From Octopus bimaculoides (lineage: Eukaryota): a stretch of 53,927 bases of DNA. The stretch is taken from positions 37,227,090 through 37,281,016 of the forward strand of contig NC_069001.1 in assembly GCF_001194135.2 (NCBI RefSeq), in the 5' to 3' direction. This document shows positions 38,291 to 50,301 of the stretch, in pieces. How positions within the stretch are numbered: the first letter of the stretch is position 1; every line of letters starts with the position of its first letter. The translations under genes were made by a program, and so were the position numbers. Under the pieces are notes generated by a model. It saw nothing but the letters and a program-made list of their open reading frames with translations, searched no databases and had not been told where the DNA came from.

Positions 38291-39029
38291 GGCATTATGA
38301 AGAAGACCCACCAAGCCATGGATTCACTGAATGTGCCATAAAATGTCAATTTCAAGGATAGATTGATGTTAATTTAGTTTTTATCCTTATGAGATTTCAG
38401 GTTCATAAATTGAATAATACTGTCATACCATAATTAGGCTAAGTGAATTGAACGACACAACCACCTCTCGTTCTTAGTTTAGAACTTAGTATTTAGTTTT
38501 TTGCCACTTATATACATTTATATATGAACTTCTAGTGAATTTCGGTTTGTAATTTTCGTATTTTGAAATATTATATTGCTTTTTCGAGGCACACAATTTG
38601 GGAACCACTGGGTTAGGCTGTAGGATGGAGGTTGTGAAAGAGGAAGGTGTTATGCAGTGGTGGGAGCAGTAAATTATGGTACTGTAGTTGTGAACAATAT
38701 TAATGGGTGATGAAAAGCTAAGAAGTAATATGGATTTCGGTAGGAAGGTTAAAAAAAAAGCAGTATGGTGATACAAAATGAAGGGTGGAGGTAGAGCAAT
38801 TTGTGTATCTATATGTACACACATACACAAAGTGGTCTCAGTGTACAGTTTTCCTAAGGTGGGTGGGTTTTAAGAATTGTATATCACCAGCCATCCTGTT
38901 CCTTAGTTATGTCTATGAGGCTCAGTCTTGAAATTGGTTTTGCACCATTTCTCATGCCCTGTTTCTCTCTTTTCCACAGGCTCAAAACATTAAATGATTG
39001 GCATTTCTTTTTAAATCCGTTTTCATTTA

Positions 39030-39460
39030 AATGCATAACTTGTCCATTCCAGGCAATCTTCTTTCTTGCACAGCACACCTGATTCTCTCTACATTTATAC
39101 TATATCGTTTACACACTTACATTATGCATCCAGTTAAGCATACTTCGATTCTTTCCAGTCTTCTCAAGGCCTATGTCATACTACCATGCAGCATTGTATT
39201 TCTAACACAAGCATCATACAATCTCCGTTTCAGCCTGTGGGAAAAAGCATTTGTTGCTGAAAGAGGTTGTATCTTCCTGAACTTTCTGCAGTCTGTTCTT
39301 ACTCTGTCAATGATACTTTCATAGCAACCACGTCTGTTTTCAGGGTGCTCATACTACATACTGCTTCAGTGCATCTATCACATACGAAGCTTCTTTTCTC
39401 TGCTAGTCTGCCTATGATTCCACTTCATCTCTTGTGTGTCTACAGCTTCCATTGGCAACA
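39030..39460 (-). mobile_element. RTE LINE C-terminal relic
   Basis: Homologous by eye to 100-400 (gcatcatacaatctc...gttgct...tcttactct). Confidence 0.65.
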
Positions 39461-40599
39461 GTGTAAGTTTACATTTTAGGCTTCTGCATATTGAGTAAGG
39501 CCATTTCCCCGAGGACACCAGGGTCTAATCTTAAGGAAAATTTTATAAGGGTTTAAAGTTTGATTATTTTTACTCAATCAGAAAAGATTTGAAGACTGGC
39601 ATTTTCTGCATGAAAGCAAAACTTTAAGATGATGAATTTTTATCAAACAAAACATTACGTCAATGAATGTCCTAAGATACTTTGAAATTTTAATAAGTTT
39701 TAATGAATGAAGTCACGAAACGGTTGAACAGCCATGTAAATGATTTAAAAAGGAAAAAAATCCTCAACGAAATTTTTTGACATACTGCAAAAGAAACTAC
39801 GTTAATATTGGGGTTTAGGGTCAGTCTGACAAGTGGATGACCTGGGGTTAATCAATTGGTAACATTTTTCTAAAATTCCTCTCTGAAAACTTTTTTTGAC
39901 AAATTATAAAAAAAAAATTAATAAATAAACTTAAAGAAACTCTACGTTAGGCATGTAAACATGAACTGAACTGAAACTACAGCCTAACGTGTTTGAATTT
40001 TCGCTTTAAAAGATGTATAGTTTACTGTAAAGCGAAAATTCAAAAACGAAAGTCAGTATATGAGTGCTCGTTAAAGAAAATACACGTAGTAGTTGTGGTA
40101 GTGTTAAACAGACAATAGCTTCGCTTGTTACTATACAAACAGGCACCAATGTGTTGGATGCTTTCCAGTCGCTGAAATTATTTGCAAAATTTAAAAGCTA
40201 TTGAGTTATTATTAATTTAATTAGCATACAAAATTGAAGCAAATACGAAAACAACTGGAACAAAATTTTAAAAAATAGAAAACTGTAGCAGCAATAGAAA
40301 AGATCTGGACTCCTTTTGATTTGCAATTTAATTTTCTTCATTATTTATTTCTTGGGGAGAAAATGAGTGCAATTTTTATCATCAGCCTGTAAAACTACAT
40401 TTTCTGGAGATTTGAACGACTTATAGTGTTTCGTTGAAATTGAACATCAGAACCACTAGAAGCAGATGCAAGAAACAACTACAACATATCGACAACGATC
40501 GTTGAAATTGGATTCATTATCCGTGTTACAACTTGTGAATACCCAAAAGCGGTGTCTTTCATCTGTTTAGCATCTCATTCCACTGCTAACATTCTGCCA

Positions 40600-40621
40600 A
40601 TGCGCATGATCAACCGGAAGT
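40600..40621 (+). promoter_or_regulatory. ATGCGCATG-ATCAA-CCGGAAGT motif of Z7, with adjacent CCAAT
   Basis: Conserved motif; donor at 40856, acceptor at 42069-42070, uORF at 42080-42094. Confidence 0.6.
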
Positions 40622-41068
40622 TGACTTCGACGTTCACTCATCAGATGCCAGCTTTGTATTACGAATTGAATCGCATATGTATATAAGATAATTTATTAGC
40701 TTGACGCATAAAGCAGTGAAGAATTAATCATATTTATCTCATATCTTCTAATGAATTTATCTATAATGTTATACATTGTATATACGCAATGGGAGTAATT
40801 TCAGCATCCTGACCATCGTCACTGATTTGCTCTTTATAGCTGTGATTCATACGAGGTATTTTTGTTGATTCTTTTCTCATTCAAACGTCGTTTCTACTTT
40901 CACAACGCCTCTATTTGATTGATCTGTCATATATTTCGCGACATTCTTGAAAACAATCAGTCTTTGAAACACAAGTCTGCACAGTTAGCACTGACGTAGG
41001 GATATAAACAACGTCATATCACTTTTCAGGCCAGAGAACTGTCACCGTCCACTATTGTGTGTTCACCA

Positions 41069-41950
41069 TATTGGGCTGGAACAAAAGTTCGTACCGTTTC
41101 TATGCAAAATTCAAAAACAATACATTGATACTTGTGCATTTCTATATTTGACCATGTGTCCCATTTTGTTCCTCTATCTTTCGTCCTTATCGTATCAGCT
41201 TGATGAGCATAGCTTCCCTTTGCATCTGTTAGGGTCAGGAACTGTATTAAGTTGTTTTTACAGCCTTCCAAACAACTGCAGTTCTTCCCGTTAATGTAAT
41301 TTTGTAGATATCGAAATAACGGTTATCCGAAGGTGCTAGATTAGGTGATTATGAAGGATTTGGTAGTTCATCCCCGCCAAACTATATCAATTTCTACCAT
41401 TTGAAGGGAAATATAAAACTGAGAGTTGTCCTGAATGAAAGCGAACCGTTACCATTAGCCAATTAAGGACCTTTGTCACCGATTTCCTCCTTTAATAAGT
41501 CTAATTGACAACAGTAATTGTCAGAATTCAACATCTGATATTAAGGAAGAAGCTCGTCATACATAATTGTACCATCCCACCAGATACACAGCGTCGCTTT
41601 TTTTCCAATACTCACTGGCTTTTCTGATTAAGGGGATTCATTTCCTTTTCTCTAGAAGCTTTTTCATTGGTGAAGAATCACTTTTGATCGTTTTTTTCTA
41701 AAAGCTGGTGGTTTTTGTTGTGCTCGGGCAGAGAATTGCAGATGGAAATACCGTTAAATTTGTTTCCATTAAATTATTAGGTACCAGAAGTTCACGTATC
41801 GAAGTATTCATATGAAAAATGTGAAGTATCTCAGTGATGTCTTGTTTTTGTGTGGTCTTGGTTATTATCAAAGACTGCAGTTCTGCTGGAATGTTCACGG
41901 TGTCCCTGATAAAAATTTTCAGGTCTCAGCCAGGCGAACCACGTACAAAC
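41069..41950 (-). mobile_element. Tc1/mariner (mariner-type) transposon relic in the Z7 5'UTR intron
   Basis: LVPNNLMETNL (WVPHEL-like), LCIWWDG..YDELLP, ELPNPS*SPNLAPSD (YSPDLAPSD-like) and LFRYLQN motifs; one TIR, TA-TTGGGCTGGAACAAAAGTT, at 41069. Confidence 0.85.
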
Positions 41951-42376
41951 AGTCGCTATATATTTTTATATATGCAGGCATCAAACAAGAGTGTACGATG
42001 TAGTTTTAATAATTAAAATTTAACTTCAATCGTTGATGTAAATTCTTATACTATTTCTCTACTATTTCAGAAGTAACAGATGGTATTGGTATAGAAGAAT
42101 TTATTTACTTCAGATTCGTCATCAATATTTCTCATCATTTAAATACTAAAGAATGATGTTATTTCAAATAGAAATGATTGGTGGGATGACTGTGAAATAT
42201 TTCTTGTGAACTGTGATTATTATATTATTAACAGTGTAACTTTTTCTTTCACTATCTGGAATATGTTCAAGAGTGAGCTTCTGCCATCAACAGATATCAA
42301 TAAACATGGAATTTGAAGGAAATTTTTAAGTAGAAAATATGAATAAAACATAGCAATTAGTGAGAAAAGAACAGTA

Positions 42377-43558
42377 ATGGAAAATACATTACGTGAGACC
42401 CCAATTAAAACAGAGTCTGAAGGCATTGATTTTCCTGATGAGATGCTGAAGGTGATGGAAAAAACATCATACCACTGTGGTATATGTGGTAAATCATATT
42501 CTGAGAGAGGAACATTGACTAAACACAAACGTATTCATACGGGAGAGAAACTGTATCAGTGTAATATCTGTGGTAAATCATTCATTTCAAGTAATTACTT
42601 AACTATTCATATACGCACTCATACAGGAGAGAAGCCATATCAGTGTGATATCTGTGGTAAATCATTCGCTCACAGTTCTCATTTAAAAGTCCATAAATAC
42701 ATTCATACAGGAGGGCAGCCATGCCATTGTGATATCTGTGGTAAATCTATGTCTTCAAAGAGTAAATTAACAGTACACAAACGCTTTCATACTGGAGAGA
42801 AACCATTTCATTGTGATATTTGTGGTAAATCATTCTCTATTAGTAGTCACTTAACTACTCACAAATATATGCATACAGGAGAGAAGCCATATCACTGTGA
42901 TATCTGTGGTAAATCATTCTCTGTAGGAAGTAACCTAAATACTCACAAACGACTTCATACAGGAGAAAAACCATACCACTGTGACATCTGTGGGAAAACA
43001 TTATCTGATCAAGGTAACTTAACTAGTCATAAACGTATTCATACAGGTGAGAAACGATACCTCTGTGATATTTGTGGTAAATCATTCTCTGATAGTAGGT
43101 CTTTAACTGCACACAAACGCAATCACACTGGAGAAAAGCCATATCACTGTGAAATCTGCGGTAAAGCGTTCAGCACCACACGTCAAGTAACTGTTCACCA
43201 ACATATTCATACAGGAGACAAGTCATATTCATGCGATATCTGTGGTAAGTCATTTCCTCGTAATGAATCATTATTTGTTCACAAACGCATACACACAGGT
43301 GAGAAGCCATACCACTGTGATATCTGTGGTAAATCATTCACAGTATCAACTACTTTGACTACACACAAACGCAGTCATACAGGAGAGAAACCATATCACT
43401 GTGATACCTGTGGTAAATCATTCACTACAACAAGTTACCTAACTAAGCACAAACTCATTCACACGCGAGATACGCCATATCATTGTGATATCTGTGGTAA
43501 ATCATTTTCTCAAAAACGTCACTTCACTGCCCATGCATCTACTCATACAGGTAAATAA
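42377..43558 (+). CDS. C2H2 zinc-finger protein Z7: 13 fingers
   Basis: 393-aa intact ORF with leader [19 protein letters not shown]. Confidence 0.95.
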   Translation: MENTLRETPIKTESEGIDFPDEMLKVMEKTSYHCGICGKSYSERGTLTKHKRIHTGEKLYQCNICGKSFISSNYLTIHIRTHTGEKPYQCDICGKSFAHSSHLKVHKYIHTGGQPCHCDICGKSMSSKSKLTVHKRFHTGEKPFHCDICGKSFSISSHLTTHKYMHTGEKPYHCDICGKSFSVGSNLNTHKRLHTGEKPYHCDICGKTLSDQGNLTSHKRIHTGEKRYLCDICGKSFSDSRSLTAHKRNHTGEKPYHCEICGKAFSTTRQVTVHQHIHTGDKSYSCDICGKSFPRNESLFVHKRIHTGEKPYHCDICGKSFTVSTTLTTHKRSHTGEKPYHCDTCGKSFTTTSYLTKHKLIHTRDTPYHCDICGKSFSQKRHFTAHASTHTGK

Positions 43559-43919
43559 CTGTGTCAATGTATATGGTGCTGTAAAAAATACGTAACCATA
43601 AATGTATTCACAGAGGGAGTTAGAGCTATCTTTCTAGACTATATAGTTCATGTAACTACATTTAATATCTACATTCATGAAATGACTTCCCTGTTTGATT
43701 ATGATAAAGGTATTGTTTCAGAAAATAGTCATATGTATATTGTAGCTAACATACATGTCCCGAGAGATGACAATATACAATAAATTTATTGGATATTGTG
43801 TAAGTAACTGAGAAATGAATTCTTATAAATCATGAATAACATCACTGTACAGTTCAATTAGAAATAGAATTATGAACAATAAAAGAAAATTATACCACAT
43901 TGGGATGTAAGTATGATGT

Positions 43920-44493
43920 NNNNNNNNNNNNNNNNNNNNNNNNNNNNNNNNNNNNNNNNNNNNNNNNNNNNNNNNNNNNNNNNNNNNNNNNNNNNNNNNN
44001 NNNNNNNNNNNNNNNNNNNNNNNNNNNNNNNNNNNNNNNNNNNNNNNNNNNNNNNNNNNNNNNNNNNNNNNNNNNNNNNNNNNNNNNNNNNNNNNNNNNN
44101 NNNNNNNNNNNNNNNNNNNNNNNNNNNNNNNNNNNNNNNNNNNNNNNNNNNNNNNNNNNNNNNNNNNNNNNNNNNNNNNNNNNNNNNNNNNNNNNNNNNN
44201 NNNNNNNNNNNNNNNNNNNNNNNNNNNNNNNNNNNNNNNNNNNNNNNNNNNNNNNNNNNNNNNNNNNNNNNNNNNNNNNNNNNNNNNNNNNNNNNNNNNN
44301 NNNNNNNNNNNNNNNNNNNNNNNNNNNNNNNNNNNNNNNNNNNNNNNNNNNNNNNNNNNNNNNNNNNNNNNNNNNNNNNNNNNNNNNNNNNNNNNNNNNN
44401 NNNNNNNNNNNNNNNNNNNNNNNNNNNNNNNNNNNNNNNNNNNNNNNNNNNNNNNNNNNNNNNNNNNNNNNNNNNNNNNNNNNNNNNNNNNNN
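43920..44493. other. Assembly gap (N run)
   Basis: N characters. Confidence 1.
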
Positions 44494-45861
44494 GGGATCT
44501 AGTTTTTTTTTTCATTTGCAAAATTTGCATTTTTTAAAAGATAGTAAAAAATCTGAAAATCAGCTATAATAAAGTTTTCCAGTGTAATTGCTATGAAGGT
44601 ATGATGTTTTGGAGGGAAAAGTTTCAGAGGTTTAAAAAAAACAGGGTATCTATAGCCAATAGTGAGACAGAAATTTTCTGTTTAGCGAAGCAGTGTCAAC
44701 TTTAAGGTGAAATTTATAGTTTATCGTCTGCGAAATGACCTCTTCATTCCAGGTTTCTAAATAAATAGAAATACCTAATTAAATCAACATGTATAATCTT
44801 ATAGCTTCTTTTTCTCTTCATTGATTGTATGTTTTTATTATTTTTAAAATTTATATTAATATATTTGTCTGCATGTGTTTACTTTATGCATATTTCAGTA
44901 TTATGTATACCCGTCCTGTATTTGTGTACATTATTAATATATAAGTGCGTACGTGTGTGTCCGTGAAAAAGAGGCGTCTGTCTCCAAAACTTGAAAGTTG
45001 AGTAAAGTTTTCATGTTAGGATTTGTAAACTACGGTAAGAATAATACTGGTCAACAAAGAATTTGTCCCCCCAAAATAATACCTGTTTTTGCATACAGAA
45101 TTCAAAAATAATGTCAAATTATCTGTATTAAGTTCATAAATTCCATTCACCTTCATAATGCCAAGAAAATTTATAAACGTCGCAAACTACTTTTGCTATA
45201 TACGTAAAATATCATGACAATTGACAAAAACATCTATAACAAAATTCTAATTGATAAATATAGATTTTTATTAAAACAAAAACTACGTGGGTGAAGTAAT
45301 TCTCGTGGTGTGCAAAATCAACACGTGGGTGAAACAACGCAACTTGCGGTTGTCATGGTAACAAGCTGTTAATGCCTCGCTGTCTGCTGATTGGCTAAAA
45401 TTACCCAAATTTCCCAACTTTGATTACAAATAACATCAGATTTTTTAATTTACGAGATAAAATAATTGGTTGGTCGTAATCAAAATTCAGAATTGCATTG
45501 ATACACCATAATTTGAAGCAAAATAAAAGGTGGCTCATTTTGCGAACGAGAAAGACTAGATCCATGTTTTTGAAGTGAAAGTTCAGTATGTTAGTGCTTG
45601 TTAAAGAAAATATCCGTTGTGGTACTATTAAGCAGACAATAGCTTCACTTGAGAAAAATGAGTGCGATTTTCGTCATCAGTATGCAAAGTTACATTTTCT
45701 GAAGATTTGAATGACTTATAGTGTTTGGTTGAAATTTAACATCAGAACCACTAGAAGCAGATGCAAGAAACAACTACAACATATCGACTACGATCGTTGA
45801 AGTTGGATTCATTATCCGTGTTACAACTTGCGAACACCCAAAAGCGGTGTCTTGGGCATTC

Positions 45862-47202
45862 ATGTGTTATTTCGTCTGTTTAGCATCCCATTCTGCCAAT
45901 GCGCATGATCACCCGGAAGTTGACTTCGACGTTCACCCATCAGATGACATCTTTATATTTAAAACAGAGTCTGAAAGCATTGATTTTCCTGATGAGATGC
46001 CGAAGGTGATGGAAAAAACATCATACCAGTGTGGCATATGTGGTAAATCATATTCTGAAAAAGGAACATTGACTAAACACAAACGTATTCATACGGGAGA
46101 GAAACCATACCACTGTAATATCTGTGGTAAATCATTTGCTAGAAGTAATGACTTAACAATACACAAACGTATTCATACTGGTGAGAAACCATATCACTGT
46201 GATATCTGTGGTAAATCATTTGCTCACAGTTCTCATTTAAGTGTCCATAAATACATTCATACAGGAGGGCAGCCATACCATTGTGATATCTGTGGTAAAT
46301 CATTCACTGCAAAGAGTAAATTAACAGTACACAAACGCTTTCACACTGGGGAGAAGCCATTTCAATGTGATATTTGTGGTAAATCATTTTCTATAAGGAG
46401 TCATTTAACAACTCACAAATATATTCATACAGGAGTGAAACCATATCACTGTGATATCTGTGGTAAATCTTTCTCTGCAAATAGCCAATTAACTATACAC
46501 AAACGCATTCATACAGGAGAAAAGCCGTATCACTGTGATATCTGTGGCAAACCATTGTCTGACCCCCGTAACTTAGCTAGTCACAAACGTATTCATACTG
46601 GAGAGAAACGATATCTCTGTGATACTTGTGGTAAATCATTTTCTCACAGTGGACAATTAACTGCTCACAAATGCATTCATACCGGAGAAAAGCCATATCC
46701 CTGTGAAATCTGTGGTAAATCATACTCTGTCAAAAGTGAATTAATAGTTCACAAACGCATTCATACAGGAGACAAACCTTATTCCTGTGACATCTGTGGC
46801 AAGTCATTTCCTCGTAGAGACACGTTACCTATCCACAAGCGCACTCATACAGGTGAGAAGCCATATCACTGTGATATCTGTGGTAAATCATTCACAATAT
46901 TAAGTAATTTAACTATCCACAAACGCAGTCATACAGGGGAGAAGCCATACTGTTGCGATATCTGTGGTAAATCATATACTACATCAAGTGGTTTAACTAC
47001 ACACAAACACATTCACACAGGAGTGAAACCATATGCTTGTGATATCTGTGGTAAATCATTTACTGTTACAAGTACCTTAACTAAACATAAACGTATTCAC
47101 ACAGGAGAGAAACCATATCATTGTGATGTTTGTGGTAAATCCTTCACTTCTACAAGTAGCTTAACGAAACACAAACGCATTCACACACGAGATATGCCAT
47201 AG
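45862..47202 (+). CDS. C2H2 zinc-finger protein Z8: 14 fingers; start uncertain (ATG 45862 or 45997)
   Basis: Open frame; the listed 45847 start is GTG; the ancestral MENT.. start is deleted; TAG at 47200. Confidence 0.75.
   Translation: MCYFVCLASHSANAHDHPEVDFDVHPSDDIFIFKTESESIDFPDEMPKVMEKTSYQCGICGKSYSEKGTLTKHKRIHTGEKPYHCNICGKSFARSNDLTIHKRIHTGEKPYHCDICGKSFAHSSHLSVHKYIHTGGQPYHCDICGKSFTAKSKLTVHKRFHTGEKPFQCDICGKSFSIRSHLTTHKYIHTGVKPYHCDICGKSFSANSQLTIHKRIHTGEKPYHCDICGKPLSDPRNLASHKRIHTGEKRYLCDTCGKSFSHSGQLTAHKCIHTGEKPYPCEICGKSYSVKSELIVHKRIHTGDKPYSCDICGKSFPRRDTLPIHKRTHTGEKPYHCDICGKSFTILSNLTIHKRSHTGEKPYCCDICGKSYTTSSGLTTHKHIHTGVKPYACDICGKSFTVTSTLTKHKRIHTGEKPYHCDVCGKSFTSTSSLTKHKRIHTRDMP
45899..45920 (+). 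promoter_or_regulatory. ATGCGCATG-ATCAC-CCGGAAGT motif of Z8, fused almost directly to the coding exon
   Basis: 45650-45958 aligns with 40360-40660 upstream of Z7. Confidence 0.6.
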
Positions 47203-47280
47203 CACTGTAATATCTGTCGTTCATCATTTTCTCAGAAACGTCACTTAATGGCACATGTATCTATTCATTCAGAAGAATAA
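47203..47280 (+). pseudogene. Relic terminal finger of Z8 behind a premature stop
   Basis: HCNICRSSFSQKRHLMAHVSIHSEE* is in frame after the TAG. Confidence 0.85.
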
Positions 47281-49419
47281 CTGTGTCAGTGTATGAAGAA
47301 ATACTGAACTTTAAATGTATTCACAGAGGAAGGTAGAACTATCTTTCAAAACTATATTTTATATAACAACTAATATCTACATTCATTAGATAACTTACCA
47401 CTTTTGTTACAAAAAAATACTTGATACATGTTGCTGCTGACATTTTTCCTGCGGAAAGATAAGGTACAGTTTATTGGACATTCTGGGCAAATAACTAAGA
47501 AATGTATTCTCATAAATTGTGATTGTTGATGCCTCCTCCTATGTTTACCATTTGCTGCCTTCACCTCTATCACCATCTGTCGTTCCTTTTTCTCATTCTT
47601 GCATGCTGAACTAAACATTCATTATACCAGTTCTCTTATATTCATCTTCCTATAGTTTGAGTGTTTGACCTGACAGTGCTTCCACCACCTGCTCTCTTTT
47701 CCAACTGGTGTAATGATGTATCAGTCCTACAGCAAGACTCATGTTCCTGTCAATCTATTATACTTTAACCTCTGAACAGCTGCATAAAGCTACCTCCTTC
47801 AATACTGTATCTTAGTCCGTTGAGGGCTTTTGTAAATATGTGATGTCACTAATGCTGGTACCATGTGAAAAGGAACCCAGTACACTCTGTAAAATGATTG
47901 GTGCTAGAAAGGGCATCCAACTGTAGAAACTATGCCAGAGTTTGGCGCAGACCTCTCACTTGTCAATTTATTTCAACATGGAAAATTGCTGTTAATTGAT
48001 GATGAGTACTTCAGCAAAATAACAGATGTAATGAGTATTTAACAAAGGATTGAAATACATGTATCTGGAGAAATTGTTGGAGGGGAAAACATTAGATGTT
48101 GATGTAGGGAGGTTTGGCTGCTATTCCTAACAACTTTATCGATGCCTGTGTCTTGCTGTTTGGTATATCTATTAGGCATGCATCTCAGCATGGTCACAGT
48201 CTAATGACTGAAACAAGTAGAAGTTTAAAGTTTCATGGAAGGGTGGTGAGGAAGGAACAAACTTTGAAAAACAAGGATTTTTAATCTTTTTTTTTTTTTA
48301 TCAGAACCAAGATCTCCATAATTTGAAGCATGTTATTTTAAAATACATAAAAATTGTGAGCAGGAGGTGAAAGTAAAAATTTCAAAATGCTTTGTTTTAT
48401 TTATTGGTGTATTTGGAAGTTTTACTGTTGAAAATAATAATCATAACTGCAATTTCAGAAAATAACAAAAGACGAAGACAGGTGGTGTATATAATTCTTT
48501 ATTGTAGTAAAGTTAACTTACAGCTGGTATGATCATTATAGGTTTACTTAATCAGCCTATTGATTGGTTGGGAACACCTGAACAGCCCAGAGTATTAATG
48601 TTACTTTTGTCAGAGTCATCTCTGATTATAACCAAGCAGAACACAGAAGGAATGGTACAAGCATGGGGATGAGGGGAGCAAAAAGAGGCAATAATTATAA
48701 GGTAAGTGGAAGAGATAAAGAGGAAATGGGAAGAGAGGTGACGATTTGGAAAACAAGAACTAAAGAGAAGAGAAGAAAAGAAAGAAATAGAGGATGGCTG
48801 AAATTAAGAACAAGGACAGTCATGAAAAAGTGTTTGAAATTGAGTCAACACACAAAATTATTTACTTTGTCTTAAGGTTAAATACTGTCCAGATATTGTG
48901 TTGAAATTTGATATAGGCCCCTTACTCTCATGGTCAACTTAAATCTTTAATATAGGGTCACACTAGGTGTGAATTGTATTGGAAAAAAATGAATGAAAAA
49001 TCAGCAGTAAACTATATCACGATCGAAAGGTAGAAAAAGCTCTAGTCAGAGTCCGTATTAAATAGAGATGGAGAGGAAAAATAGGAATAGAATAAAATGA
49101 AATATATTTTAAAAATTAGGTAAAATTGAAGGGCAAATATAATTTCTAATTAAGTTATAAGAACGAGAATTAAAACTTAAAAAATTAAAATACATTATTT
49201 ATATATATGTGTGTGTGCCTGTGTTGCTCAAATGTACAGAAAACAAAAGACAAAGACAGGCGAGTGAACAAAAAGCAGGTGTATTAGCTTGCCGCTTGGG
49301 GAGAGTCGGAAAACCTTTGATGTTTTGATCCTATACTCTTCAACAAAGGGATGAATGGGAAAAGTGTGTTGGGATTAGCATATATGTATATATAATAATA
49401 ATTGTAATCAACCTGGTAA

Positions 49420-49858
49420 TACATGAAGGAGCCATACCCAATGACTGGTATAGTAGCACCATAGTCAACTGCTACAAAGGTAAATGTGATGCATTAGATA
49501 GGAAAAATTATCATGGAGAGGGACATAGCCCAACTAATTAGGGAGAGATTTAGTTCAAATTGAGATACAGTGTGGATTTGTGCCAGGGAGAAGCACCACT
49601 GATGCTATAGTTCTGGTGAGATAGCTGCAGGAGAAATTCCTAGCCAAAGATAGACCTCTGTACTTGGTTTTCGTTGACATGGAGAAAGACTTTGACAGAG
49701 TCCTTCAATCTGGTGGTCACTGCAGACACTAAGGATAGATGAGTGGATGGTGAGAGCTGTACAAGCCATGTACAGGGATGCTGTCAGTAAGGTGAGAGTT
49801 GGCAACAAGTATAGTGAAGAATTCTCTGTAAAAGTAGGGGTTCGCCAAGGATCAGTAC
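49420..49858 (+). mobile_element. RTE LINE RT fragment
   Basis: IPNDWYSSTIVNCYKGK..LQEKFLAKDRPLYLVFVDMEK.FDRV..GVRQGSVL. Confidence 0.9.
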
Positions 49859-50062
49859 TGCATTAGCACACTTCGATCTACACATAATTTTTCTTTTTTT
49901 TTACTCCAGCCGCAGCTTGAAATTTTTTTTTTTTTTTGGCGGTTCAACAAGTTTGTCTGTTGTCGGCATACTTAACATTTCACATTTTTTTTTTCCTCCA
50001 CAGAGGAAGTATTCATTTTAAACAAAAATTAACTAAAATGGGCAACTCACCCCCCCCCCCCC

Positions 50063-50251
50063 NNNNNNNNNNNNNNNNNNNNNNNNNNNNNNNNNNNNNN
50101 NNNNNNNNNNNNNNNNNNNNNNNNNNNNNNNNNNNNNNNNNNNNNNNNNNNNNNNNNNNNNNNNNNNNNNNNNNNNNNNNNNNNNNNNNNNNNNNNNNNN
50201 NNNNNNNNNNNNNNNNNNNNNNNNNNNNNNNNNNNNNNNNNNNNNNNNNNN
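50063..50251. other. Assembly gap (N run)
   Basis: N characters. Confidence 1.
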
Positions 50252-50279
50252 CACCGTCTGCCACACGCAGAACATCACA

Positions 50280-50301
50280 ACGCGCATATTCAACCGGAAG
50301 T
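50280..50301 (+). promoter_or_regulatory. ACGCGCATA-TTCAA-CCGGAAGT motif of Z9
   Basis: Conserved motif; donor at 50668, acceptor at 52800-52801, uORF at 52811-52825. Confidence 0.55.

Noticed and set aside
45847-45960. Novel 38-aa N-terminal domain on Z8, or Z8 as a processed retrocopy
   Set aside because: The listed start is GTG and the segment is promoter-homologous DNA. The junction does not follow the predicted splice sites, so genomic deletion fits better than retroposition.
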